A stretch of 20,000 nt of DNA from an uncultured virus (IMG/VR IMGVR_UViG_3300023198_000771) (taxonomy: Duplodnaviria; Heunggongvirae; Uroviricota; Caudoviricetes; Crassvirales), in IMG/VR virus record IMGVR_UViG_3300023198_000771. One strand, 5' to 3'. The notes beneath the pieces were generated by a model. The model searched no databases and was not told the origin of the DNA. It saw only the letters and a program-made list of their open reading frames with translations. The position numbers were made by a program, and so were the translations under genes. Of the stretch, positions 1 through 11,300 are shown piece after piece. The stretch's first letter is position 1. Every line of letters starts with the position of its first letter.

Positions 1-2
1 CA

Positions 3-2942
3 TGGCAATTTTCTTACCAGTATGTGTACATGGATTATCGCAAGAGTACCTACGCACCACCAAGTATAGTCCCACCACCATCTCAGGAAGAAACGACTTC
101 CGGTGCGCCTGAAACAGATCCCTCACACAATAACACTATCAGGTTGCGGATTAATTCAGGGAATGAGCAAGTACGCTCGATCAGGATAGTAGCCAGAACA
201 TCTGAGGATCCTTCAACATGGTTCCTTATTGATGAAATTTTTGTGGTCAATGATAAGGATGAGAGGCTGTACACCGCCAATCAACTTTTCTATGTGAATT
301 TCTATAACGACAAATCAGGTGAAGTAGTAGTGGCGGCAGATGTATTCAACCTATTCCACTTTGTACCTATCCGGGCAAAACACATGGAGGTCATAGAGGG
401 GAACCGCCTTGCATTTGGACACATCACGGAGGGATATACTCGTATTGGTGCCTTTGTAGATATTGATCTTGCATGGCAGGATCTCGCAGGGATAACCATC
501 CAGACGGTATGGCTGAATATTACGAGAAGATTTATAACCGCCACGGCTCCTGATATGCAATATTTATTGGAGTTTAATTTACCATCAATAGATCCAGGTC
601 CGTGTACATTTAAGATAAGAATTAAGCAGAACATTGGGGATCCTTGGACTTACACAGAATATATTTATGATGGCATAACTGCATATCCATCATCAGTATT
701 AACCGGCCTTACTACCGCTTTTCTCATAAATTACCCGGGCGAAATAGATACCTGTTTTGCTCCCGGCACCCACAGGTTTTGTGCATTTCCAAGAACTGCC
801 ACATGGCCAACAAATCCTTACGCCAACTGGGAATATGAGTTTTATTATGAGAAGAATGTTACCGATGTGGAAAAATACCCCCAGTTAAAGACGGGGGCTA
901 CTCATGCCTGGGCGCTGATATATCGTGATATTGTGGGTAGGATAACCCCACTCATCGGGGTTACTGAAATGACCAAGTACATCCCATTCCCAACCGAGGA
1001 TACTAATAGTAACGTAGAGCGCAGACCACTTATTACATTTAATATAAACCATCTACCTCCACCACAAGCTGTAAGCTACGAGATTGCCTATGCAGGTAAT
1101 AAATCAATCGCATGGTCCCTGCAGCTCATGGCTTATAACTTTGCCGTAGGAGAGAAGGATCACGATGATCCAACCACGCATAACCCATCTCTTGAATATT
1201 ATAGATGCCGGATTAAGAAAGCGCAGACCAACACCAGGAACAATCTTTTAAACTGGTCCGTTGAGGAATACGTATGGCAGAAAGGAGATCGGATCCGGAT
1301 TATGGGTAAGGTGAGTCCTGCCGGTGTACTTACGGAGATCAATGGTGCTATCTATGATGTAGAGATCATGGCTGTCTTTAACGATGTGATGTACACACAG
1401 GAGGTTGGGGATGATCCGCACGATACTACCGAGACAACTGACGAATGGCTCTATTTCCCAATAAATGAAAACCTACCTGGATTCGTTCCAACCATAGCCG
1501 GAACGCCTAATCATTGGCCTGATAATTTATGGGTAGAGATCTACCGTCCATTCGTTACAGAAACAAACCTGTACTTCACAACCGGTATGACATTTCCCAT
1601 CGGAGTCGATGTGTATGGAAATAAATTTCATGGTGGGGATACGAACCAGGTTCTTAATGCAGGGGGGGAGAATGTAACCCCGGCCATTGTCGCTAATACG
1701 TCACACGATCAATGGAAGTTTCTAAGGAATTTCAGGGAGGTGACGGACACTATCAACTTCTTTTTATTTGCTGAGAGTGAATATGCCTCTGACTTTTATA
1801 TAACACAGAAACTAACCTCCCAGGGAAATCCTATTCCCAATATCGATAGTCAGCAACAGAATGTTCTTACCAAGCGGATGAGGCATGGAGGAGCAGTGAG
1901 CATAGGATCCCAGTTAAACCTTCTCGCTGAATTTGAGTATGACGATTACCTGGACCTGAAAGACGAGTATGGCCCCATCGAAGGGATGAGAGAGATAGGG
2001 TTCGTTTTAAAGGCCATACAGTACACGAAGGTAGTCAGCGTGTATATCAGCCGTCAAGAGTCCTTTACTGCCTCTGGTAAGGCTCAATACCTGTTTACGG
2101 ACAAAGTATTTGGTTCTTCTCGTCCCTCCATGGAGAACTACGGAACACAGCATCCGGATAGTGTTGAGGTCCATAACCGGCATTTATACTTTTGGGATCA
2201 GTCAGAGGGAGCCGTTATCAGGGATGCTGCCAATGGAATAGAGGTTATCAGCGAGAATAAGATGAACCGGTATTTCAGAGATCTTGCCGATTGGATAAAG
2301 GCTCAGACAAATCAACATAATGTATGGGTCCAGTTCGGATTTTCCAAGGCCACCAAGGAACTCTTCTGCCTGTTCGGATATGAAGCGAATACCCAGGAGA
2401 TAATTACATTCAGCGAGAATGATCAGAGGTGGAAGAATCAATTCGATGTGGATTTTGAGCGAGGATTGATGTACTGGATAGGGAAAAGATTATTCCAAAC
2501 TAACGGAGGATCAGTTTATGAATGGTGGGCAGGAGCCGACTACCAAGTATTAACAGGCACCACCAGAACGGGGCAGTTGATTGTATATGCTAATCAGCAT
2601 CCGGCCAAAGTCAAGACATTCAAATCTGTCCATATTTATCAGACCGGGGGAGATCCTGTTATCAACACGATCATAGTACCAGAGAAGGCCACAGCCGTTG
2701 AGGGAGAGATGCAAACCTATGTCAGGGCAGCGAACATCGAGAAGAAAGAAGGTGTTTATTATTGTGGTATCTTGAAGGATATTAACACCCCAGGTCCACA
2801 GGCCCAGGATTGGAAGGAACTGAATGGCCGTGACATGAGGGGCCTATATTGTAAGTTTGATATTATAGTCCAAAACACAAATACCAAGGTTGTATTATCG
2901 AATATTGCAGTAGTAGCAACACCAAGCGAACGAAGTCAATAA
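3..2942 (+). CDS. Phage tail stabilisation / nozzle-type structural protein (Bacteroidota podovirus or crAss-like type); 5'-truncated by the window edge
   Basis: The frame is open from base 3 (WQFSYQYVYMDYRKST), so the GTG at 24 is probably not the true start. The protein is beta-rich and aromatic-rich. Motifs recalled from this structural family: QFSYQYVYxD, VPIRAKHMEVIEGNRLAFGHITEGY, LKTGATHAWALIYRDIVGR, YGTQHPDSV...LYFWD and C-terminal NGRDMRG. It lies directly upstream of ejection-type genes. Confidence 0.7.
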   Translation, partial: WQFSYQYVYMDYRKSTYAPPSIVPPPSQEETTSGAPETDPSHNNTIRLRINSGNEQVRSIRIVARTSEDPSTWFLIDEIFVVNDKDERLYTANQLFYVNFYNDKSGEVVVAADVFNLFHFVPIRAKHMEVIEGNRLAFGHITEGYTRIGAFVDIDLAWQDLAGITIQTVWLNITRRFITATAPDMQYLLEFNLPSIDPGPCTFKIRIKQNIGDPWTYTEYIYDGITAYPSSVLTGLTTAFLINYPGEIDTCFAPGTHRFCAFPRTATWPTNPYANWEYEFYYEKNVTDVEKYPQLKTGATHAWALIYRDIVGRITPLIGVTEMTKYIPFPTEDTNSNVERRPLITFNINHLPPPQAVSYEIAYAGNKSIAWSLQLMAYNFAVGEKDHDDPTTHNPSLEYYRCRIKKAQTNTRNNLLNWSVEEYVWQKGDRIRIMGKVSPAGVLTEINGAIYDVEIMAVFNDVMYTQEVGDDPHDTTETTDEWLYFPINENLPGFVPTIAGTPNHWPDNLWVEIYRPFVTETNLYFTTGMTFPIGVDVYGNKFHGGDTNQVLNAGGENVTPAIVANTSHDQWKFLRNFREVTDTINFFLFAESEYASDFYITQKLTSQGNPIPNIDSQQQNVLTKRMRHGGAVSIGSQLNLLAEFEYDDYLDLKDEYGPIEGMREIGFVLKAIQYTKVVSVYISRQESFTASGKAQYLFTDKVFGSSRPSMENYGTQHPDSVEVHNRHLYFWDQSEGAVIRDAANGIEVISENKMNRYFRDLADWIKAQTNQHNVWVQFGFSKATKELFCLFGYEANTQEIITFSENDQRWKNQFDVDFERGLMYWIGKRLFQTNGGSVYEWWAGADYQVLTGTTRTGQLIVYANQHPAKVKTFKSVHIYQTGGDPVINTIIVPEKATAVEGEMQTYVRAANIEKKEGVYYCGILKDINTPGPQAQDWKELNGRDMRGLYCKFDIIVQNTNTKVVLSNIAVVATPSERSQ

Positions 2943-2960
2943 CCTTAAAAAATAGAAATT

Positions 2961-3641
2961 ATGCCAGCACCATGGGGAGCAATAATTCAAGCAGCCAATA
3001 GCGCAATCGGAGCCATTGGGTCCGGGATAATGGGATCCAAAATGGGCAAGAAGCAGATGCAGATGGGTCAGGAAATGCAGGATGAGGCCCGGGCTTTATC
3101 CGCACGATTCAAACGTCCTGAGATGCAGACCCCACAGGCTATCCAGATGATGATGGAAATGGCCCGAGGGAAGCAGTTCCAACAGATGCCTGGGATGACT
3201 ACTATGCAAAACCAGATCGAAAAAGCGACTGCCGGTGGAGTGAAAGCCATGGAGAGGGGGGGTACCGGTGCAGAGGCTTTTGGTGGTATTGCCGATCTCT
3301 ATGCGAATCAAATGGATACTCAGGCTAACCTTGGGGTCGAAGGCGCACGATACCAGGAACGAGGGCAGGATCAATACATGGGGGCCTTAGAGGGTCTTGG
3401 TGAGTGGGAACAACAGGCGTGGGGTTGGAATAAGGCTGATCCTTATCTGCAAGCACAAGAAAAAGCATCAATGCTTGAAATGGCCGGAAGGCAGGGGGAG
3501 TGGGAAGGATTGAAGAACAAGATGGGATCCTGGGCCGAGGCATTTTCCGGATTTGGTAGCGGGGGAACGCCAGATATGACAATGACTTCATTATTTGGTG
3601 GTGGAAAGAAGGATGTGGGATCAGCAGCAGCAACAAGTTAA
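2961..3641 (+). CDS. Probable internal virion / ejection (pilot-like) protein, 226 aa
   Basis: Gly/Ala-rich, mildly hydrophobic N-terminus (WGAIIQAANSAIGAIGSGIMG), Gln/Met/Ala-rich helical body and Gly-rich C-terminus. Position after the tail gene and composition resemble podovirus ejection proteins (P22 gp7/T7 gp14 style). A-rich leader AAAAAATAGAAATT-ATG. Confidence 0.55.
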   Translation: MPAPWGAIIQAANSAIGAIGSGIMGSKMGKKQMQMGQEMQDEARALSARFKRPEMQTPQAIQMMMEMARGKQFQQMPGMTTMQNQIEKATAGGVKAMERGGTGAEAFGGIADLYANQMDTQANLGVEGARYQERGQDQYMGALEGLGEWEQQAWGWNKADPYLQAQEKASMLEMAGRQGEWEGLKNKMGSWAEAFSGFGSGGTPDMTMTSLFGGGKKDVGSAAATS

Positions 3642-3653
3642 ACACAGGAAACA

Positions 3654-5321
3654 ATGGCAAAAGGAACGAGTTCAGGCGATGTGCATTTCAGCGTACCGGA
3701 AGGTGCTGATCCGTTAGGCATAGGAGTATTAGATCTTGGAAGAAGTTCCTACGATCCTATTGATACTATACGGAGATTCAACGAAACCCGTAGGCAGAAC
3801 CGTCTTATAAGGCAAGATAGAGATCGAGAGGACTATCAGAACTTTATGAAAATGATGCCTACTGTTAGTGGGGTCAATAAGAATATAGCTGCCAACATGA
3901 ACAAGGATATACTTGAAATGAGTAAGCTGTTTAAGCAGCAACAATCATTAGGTGCCTTTGGGGGGTTTGCTAAGACCGGGGAAGATAAAGATGAGAAGGT
4001 TTCCATTAAACTGTCCGAGATCGAGAATAAGGTTGCGACAGATGCTCCTATATACAAGTGGTACTCCGACCAGTATGGGAAAGACCAAACTGTAATGAGA
4101 TCTCCGGCCAATAAGGATAAGATCGATTGGGAATTGACCATGGAGAATGTGGATGCCATGAATCAGGCCAAGGATGTTGAGGGATTTTCACAACCTTTTG
4201 CCGAGAACGGAGGATCCTTAGTTGTATTCAAGCCAGAACCACAAGACATCATTGGATATGCCAAAAAGGTGGGATCTATGATTGAGGGAACCGACATTAT
4301 GAGCCATGAGATTAAGATGGATCCCATGACGAATACAATGACCACTACCCAGGTAACGGGTGCGGATCCTGCAATGATACATAAAGCCTATCAGACGGGA
4401 TATGAGTTTGCAGAACCCAACATGAAAAATGCCATCGATGCCCTGTACAATGTGGCTCCCGACAAGAAAAATGCTGATGGCGTTATAATGGATGCGAAAG
4501 AATGGTGGGCTAATAAGTTCTCAGGATTTCATGGTACCACAACCTCAAAGAAAACAACCAAGCTGACGAAGGATACCGATAAAGAATCTACCCCAGGATA
4601 CGGAATGGCAAGGAATGAAGATGGATCCTTGAATATTGCTCAGAACACTTCCACTATACAGATGGCTGTTCCGGTAGATACTGAAACGAGAACCGTTAAA
4701 AGGACCAGAAAGTTCGGGAAAGATAAAGGTCAGCCAGTTTACAATGCACCTCAGACTGCACAGGCACCCAGGAATGTTGAATATAGCACAGTATCAGTTC
4801 CTCTTACAGGATTTGATAAAACCTATGATGTATATAGCCACGGATCGGCTATCGATACAGAAACCGGTAAGCCTATTGATAAGGCCAAGAGTTCAACACA
4901 CAAGGCCGTAAGGCTCGATTTCATTCCTGTATGGAGAGGAGAAGAAAAGAAGATTGAATCTGAAACCACTGATGATAGCGGTAATATCGTGAAGGAAACA
5001 TTTACCTTGAAGCCGGGAGATAAGATACCTATACACATCCAAGAACAATTACAGGATGAGAATCAGAGTTTCAGTTACGAGCCGTTCTTATTGAGTTCAT
5101 CTGTATATGGACCGGCCATTGAAGAAAAGGCCCTTGCAGCCGGACTATCCTGGGAGGAATATGTTTCCAGGCATGGTAAGACCGCTATCACACCATGGGA
5201 GAAAGCCAACCGTGAACTACTGGTTAAAATGAAAGCATCTAAGGTTGATCCTACTGAGTTGGAGAATCTGATTAAGGAGATCAATCAGAAGTTGAATGGA
5301 GTTGATGACATATTTAATTAA
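3654..5321 (+). CDS. Hypothetical protein, probable internal virion (ejected) protein, 555 aa
   Basis: Long hydrophilic Lys/Asp/Thr-rich ORF with no Cys, tightly packed (12 and 7 nt gaps) between the pilot-like gene and the giant gene. No catalytic motif recognised; the function is inferred from synteny. Confidence 0.5.
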   Translation: MAKGTSSGDVHFSVPEGADPLGIGVLDLGRSSYDPIDTIRRFNETRRQNRLIRQDRDREDYQNFMKMMPTVSGVNKNIAANMNKDILEMSKLFKQQQSLGAFGGFAKTGEDKDEKVSIKLSEIENKVATDAPIYKWYSDQYGKDQTVMRSPANKDKIDWELTMENVDAMNQAKDVEGFSQPFAENGGSLVVFKPEPQDIIGYAKKVGSMIEGTDIMSHEIKMDPMTNTMTTTQVTGADPAMIHKAYQTGYEFAEPNMKNAIDALYNVAPDKKNADGVIMDAKEWWANKFSGFHGTTTSKKTTKLTKDTDKESTPGYGMARNEDGSLNIAQNTSTIQMAVPVDTETRTVKRTRKFGKDKGQPVYNAPQTAQAPRNVEYSTVSVPLTGFDKTYDVYSHGSAIDTETGKPIDKAKSSTHKAVRLDFIPVWRGEEKKIESETTDDSGNIVKETFTLKPGDKIPIHIQEQLQDENQSFSYEPFLLSSSVYGPAIEEKALAAGLSWEEYVSRHGKTAITPWEKANRELLVKMKASKVDPTELENLIKEINQKLNGVDDIFN

Positions 5322-5328
5322 CTGACAC

Positions 5329-8300
5329 ATGGGTAAGCAAGTCAAAGACGGTCTGGACAAAGATCCTAAATCATGGTTTAAATACTATGAGAATAAGGTG
5401 ACCAATGATGAGAGGTTCACCAGTGCCACTCCGGAGGACCAGATGAGGTACCTGGGAAACGTATTTGATAAATATGGATCCTTCATGTATAACGGTGCCG
5501 ACACTCAGGATAAAAAGGATTCCATCCGTAACGACTATATTACCACCACTCTCCAAAAAAAAAATACTCCGGAAGAACCAGAGGTCGAGGCATGGGAGCC
5601 TCCCGTTTATTCAAAAGATTCTATACTACCATCACCCGAGGCAGAGTCCACAAGGGTTGAGGCTCCACCTGTTTTCACAGAGGATCCTGACGTTACCCTT
5701 CCGGAAGAAGAACAACCGAAGCCACCGCAGCCAATAAACCAGGCCGTTAGTGATATTCAATCCAATGTAGAGAGCATCTACAAAGCTAAAGGATGGCCTT
5801 CCCCCAATATGAAGATTCAACAGTACCAGGAAAGAGCCAAGGAGTTGCAGCAACAGGTCCTTGATGGAAAAATGAATGAGGATGATTATGAAGGCAAACT
5901 CGATGAGGTACTGAATGATATTGGATTAGGCCGTGACGGTGACAAGGTGTATGTATTTCCCAATGAAGTTGAGTTGTACCGGCAGGAGATCGATAAAGCC
6001 TACCGGCAGCATCTTACTGATCGTAGCGCCACCGAAAAGGATGGATTCTTTAAGGATGTACTCGATGCTTTAAACGTGGGATCTCAGAGAGTAATGACCT
6101 CACCCACCAGGATCCTTGCCATAACAGAAAAGATGGCCAACGGAATGTTGAACCTGATGGGCCAGAAGGAGCGATTAGGATCTACCTACTGGGCTGACAA
6201 GGCCAAGATCGAGGGAGAGATCCAGGGTGCCATGAAGCAGAACAATGAACGGTACACTGAGGGTATCACTGAGATGGCCAAACGTGGGAACATGAGAGGT
6301 GCCGTAGGACAAACAATCATGGCTGTTGCCGAGAACGCACCACTGATGACCATGCTTGTTATGGGTAATGCAGCCGGAGCCACCAATGCAACCTTGGGTT
6401 ACATGGGGATGGATAAGGCAGCCGATGAGTATATGCGGAACGAGGAAAATCCGGATATGACTGAACTGGTCAAGATCGTCAATGCCCTGGGAAAAGGAAT
6501 GAGTGAAGTGGTATTTGAGAATATGGGTACCATGGCTATCATCAATAGCGTGAAGAGAGGGATCAGGGAGGCCGGAGAAGCCACTGTCAGGGATCAACTG
6601 ATCAAATCATACACCCCAATGTTCCAACGCCACGTAGCAACCTTAATGGGTGCTTCCAGTAAGGCAGTGTGGGAGGGTGCAGAGGAAATGGCCACAGAGT
6701 TTACTGATAACCTACTCGATTGGGCCAATGATAAGGATGTTGACGTAGGAGCCAATGTTGCTGATGCAGGTATTGTCGGTGCAGTATTTGGTACCATGTT
6801 AGCCTCACCACAGATTTATGCTGACCTGAAAGGTGGTAAGAGTGAATATGTGAAGTCCCTTGCCGATGCTATTCCAGATAACCTGGACTTTGAGAGGAAG
6901 ATGGCCGTAGCTGAATTGATGATCGAGGCTGATCAGATCGGAATAAATAGTCAGGATGGAATGTCCGAGGCTCAGAAGATCCGTGTCAAGGAGATCAACG
7001 AGGAAATGAATACCTTACTGGGTATCACTCCGGAGGACCAGGCAGCAGCTAATCAGGAGAAGTATGGATTTGAACTGACACCTGAGTATGTGGAAGCAGT
7101 CAGGGAGCAAAGGGCCTACTTTGATGATATGAAGATCAAGGAGGCACAGGAGCGATTGAATCTTCCAAACACTCCGGACCTTAACATCGAGGACCATACC
7201 GATGAAACCCTTGATATGATTGACAGGGGTGAGGCCGTTATTAATGACCGGCTGAAGATGGCTGCCGATAATCTTTATGGAGAATATAAGCGGTTAGCTG
7301 CCATGAAGGAGGCTGATCAGCGTGAGTACACCACGGATCAGATCAACGATATGTTGGTAGTCCTGGAAGAAGAAATCACACTTTTAAATGACAGGATCAA
7401 TGAGCAAGCAGAAAAAGGGGAGTTCATCGTCAAAGAGGTTGAACTTACAGACGAAATTAAAGTTAGCGAGATTGCCGAAGAAGGAAAGGGAGAAGATACT
7501 GAAGGACAGCCTGGACCGGTAGTACCACCTGCAAAACCAGAAGATTTTAAGAAACCTCCGGAGGAACCACCGGCAGAACCACCGGCAACAGCCGGAGCCA
7601 TGGTCGAGGAAGTGGTCGAGGAAGAACCCCCGGGAGAAATGGTGCAGCAGCTTGGGGATCCTGCACTGATCAGGGAAACACCTATTGGGCAAGTGAACGT
7701 GGGCCTGGGAGCCATAGAGACTGAGGCGAACGCCTTAATCAAACCACTGACAGATAAGGAGGCAGAATTAAATGCCCGTCTGGATTCAGATGAGTTCAAA
7801 GGCCGGTTGACCCTGGAAAAGAAGAAAGGCCGCACTGAGGTTCGGAATGAACTTACCAGAACTAAAGCGCAGATCGATGATATTATTGAGAAGTGGGAAA
7901 CGGATGTAGCTGAATATGCCGATCAGATCAAACCTCACATTGAGACTGCTATCAGGGATCTTGTACCTACCATTTCTGACGAGAAACTGGAAGCTACCCT
8001 CAACACTGTATGGGATAAATTAAACGAGAAAGAACTTTCCAAGGAGGATGCTGCAAAAACAGTTGATGACTATGTATTGGAGGCCCTTACTGAGAAACCA
8101 GTAGAAGAACCTGCACCGGTAGAGGAAGATATTACCGTAGCGAAGGAAGGTGATAAGTGGGTGGTTACGCAGGAAGGTGATGCAACTGTTACACAGGAGT
8201 TCAATACCGAGGAAGAGGCCAATAAGTTTGCAGAGGGGGTCAAGGTCATAACAGGTGGTAAGATCACCTATGAGGAAAAAAAGGCCAAGACTGATGAGAA

Positions 8301-11300
8301 GAAAGCACAGGCAGCAAAGCACGATGTTCTATTGTCCCGGGTACGCCAGTACAACGAAATACCCAAGAGCCAGAATAGGAAGGCAGCAGCACTGTACCAA
8401 CTGATAGGAAAAGCCGTTGCAGATCTTGGATACAATGTAGGAATGAAAGGGAAGGACCTGGTTGTTACGGATGCAGCCGGTAAGGAGATCCGGATGACCC
8501 CTGACCGCACTCCCAAGGAAGTGACCGAGGCCCATCCGTTACTGACTGAATATGAGGATCCAGGTTTTGTGGATTTCGTCAACAGGATTATGGATGTACC
8601 TCAATCCTTAATGTCATACGATGTTCCCATGAAGGCCAGTGAGATTGAGTCTGCCATGAAGAATATCCAGGCAGGAAAGAAAACCGTGGCAGCCAATAAG
8701 TTGCTTGATGCCCTGGAAGAATCATTAGCTGAAGGCTTCATTGTCCTGAAGAAAACAAGGAATACTCCCAGTGTGGAGATCCCTATTGAGGAATTTAATA
8801 GTCTCATAGATAATGTTACTCTTACCAAATTCACCAATCAGTTCGGTGAGTTAAGTCCTGATAATGTCGAAGAGGCCGTTAACATGGGCCTGATGACTGA
8901 GGAAGAGAAAGATCTATACCTTAAAAATCTTGAAGATGAAATCGAAAAAGAAGAAGAAGCCGGACCCGAACCTGTCGAAGAACGCACTGGCGATCTCGAA
9001 GGTGAAGGCGCAGTTGAAGGGGAAGTCAACGTAGAGGATGAGTTGAAAGCCATGCAGGATCTACTGGACGATCCTGACCTTGACTTTGGAGGTGGAATGG
9101 AAATGGCAGCCGGTGGTACAGGATCCGTGGATGCTTCTACTAAGATGCTACAAACGGCTACTGCAATTATCACTAAGATGGCCAATGCCAAGATCTATGA
9201 TATGGACCAGATGATGCGGAAGATCATTCCCGTCATTGACCGGCAGAAATTAAATGCTCTATTGCCTTATCTGAAACAAGGATACATGGCATACTGGGCC
9301 ACGGCACCAGACGATGTGAAGTACCAGATGAATATTGTCGGAGTAGGATCCTATGACACCACAGACATTGATCGTGTTATTGATATGTTTAAGCCTGAGA
9401 AAGAGGCACCACCAGTTGAAGAAGTACCTGAATATGATAATCCAGATTACAGGGAAGAACTGACAAAGGTTATCCGTGGATGGGAATCTATTGGCCAGAC
9501 CGCTATTGCCCGGATGCTTGAGAAGTTTCTATACAAGGCACCAGAGGCAGTAAAGAAAGAAGAGATCCCATGGCAGGAATACATGGTTAGGCAGAGAAAT
9601 AGGTTGAGGAAGTTTCAACTTGAAAATGACATAAAGTTGGGTAAGACTGAGGAACAACCCGAAGGACTATCCAATGAAGAAGCCTTTACCTGGGAAATTA
9701 AGAACGCCCTTGTTACCGGTAAGCCACTGGAAAACTGGAACGATATTAAGCGTATTGGAAAGAAGCATGGCATCGAGAGGAAAGATGTTCTCCGTGACCA
9801 GTACGAGTTAGCAGTTGTTGAGGTTGCGAGATCAATGGCTCAGAATATGGACATTTCCCGGGAGGACCGATGGACGCAGATATATAACCTATACCAGACT
9901 GCCCCAGGGATCTCACAGACGGCCAGAACTGCCGAAGTAAAGGAGAAACAACAATATAGTACCCCAATACCCATTTCTTTCTTAATGGGAGAGTATGTCA
10001 ATGCCACGGAGGTTGGTACCGTCATGGATCCCAGTGCAGGAAATGGATCCTTATTGATAGGAGCAAAGAAGTCAGCAGTCCGAGCCAACGATATTGATAC
10101 TCGCAGGAACAGGAACTTGGCCTCCCAGGGATACAGGGTGTTCAAAGAAGATAGCACCCATGGTATCGCAAACTTACTGGATGTACCCTACGTTGATGCT
10201 CTCTTAATCAATCCACCATTCGGAGGACCGAAGGAGCAATACAATGGTTATCCTCTTTCCGGAGAATATGTGCCGGTTGCCTACGCACTTGAATCATTGA
10301 AGCCGGAAGGCAAGGCTGCAATCATTGTTGGTGGGCATATTGAGTTCAAAGACAATGGCCAGATGAAAGGAAAGGACCTGATGTTCTTTAACTGGCTGAA
10401 TAAATATTTTAATGTTGAAGATGTGATCCAGGTTCCCGGGGAGATGTACCGGAAGATGGGCGCACAGTATCCTATCAAGATCATCCTGGTTAATGGCCGT
10501 AAGGCAGCACCAGAAGGGGCAGCACCTTTATATTCAGAGTCCTTTAAGCCGGTAATGGGTTGGTCTGATTTGAAGTTCAGGATCTTATCAAAAACAAACA
10601 AGCCAAATGAGCAAACCGTTTTACAATCAAAAGTGGATGCCAACCGAGGCGATGATTCGCTTGTGGTCGGTGATGATACCGGAGGGATCACAGATCAGCC
10701 AACCAGAAGAACTGATACCCAGGATCCGGGAGAAGATAACCCGCCTACTCCAACAGGAACCATTAGGCCGGAGGATGATCCTACTCGAAAGCCTGTTGGA
10801 ACTGAACCCAGTGGCGAACCTGGACGAGCAAGTAGAGGATATAATGAGCCACCAAGCATTTCTAAGCCAGAGAGAGAGTCTGTTCCGGAGAGCAGAAAGT
10901 CCAATCCAAAAGGATTTGGAACAATTCAGCCTGGAAGAAATAAAGAAGATCTACCTGTCCGTGACATTGGAAAGCCTACTGAGCGTACTAAGCGAGACTT
11001 AGAGATCAGTGAGCGCACCGGTGACGAGGTGACACCATACGTCCCATTAAGCCAAGTGGGATCTGGAAACTATATCATTCCTGCCAGTATAGCTGTTGAG
11101 GTGGAAGATGCCTTGATGCAGTTGAAGGATGAGGTGGGAGATGTGGACCAGTATGTAATGGAGAAACTGGGATATAATAGTCTGGAAGAGATGTCCGAAG
11201 CACTGTTCGCTGAACAGGTCGATGGTGTTGGTCAGGCCATATTCAATGTTGAGGGTGGAAACGCCATGATCATTGGCCACCAGACAGGAACCGGTAAAGG

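Noticed and set aside
24..26. ORF-track start of the first gene (GTG at 24)
   Set aside because: The frame is open to the window edge and the upstream residues continue a conserved-looking motif, so the true start is probably outside the window.
5555..5564. A10 homopolymers (5555-5564 and 18220-18229) as phase-variation or frameshift sites
   Set aside because: Both are in frame and encode Lys runs in an A-rich genome; no alternative product or stimulatory structure is evident.
5465..5737. +1-frame 90-aa ORF near the start of the giant gene
   Set aside because: TTG start, no clear leader and Arg/Pro/His-rich shadow-like composition; explained by a hydrophilic main frame.
7500..7640. Short imperfect repeats (GAACCACCGGCA twice; PPEEPPAEPPA)
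   Set aside because: Low-complexity Pro/Glu linker coding, not a CRISPR array or regulatory repeat.
9055..9095. DLLDDPDLDFGGG as a possible RNA polymerase DxDxD catalytic loop
   Set aside because: It lies in an acidic linker and lacks the NADFDGD/DFDID context; no other polymerase motifs seen.
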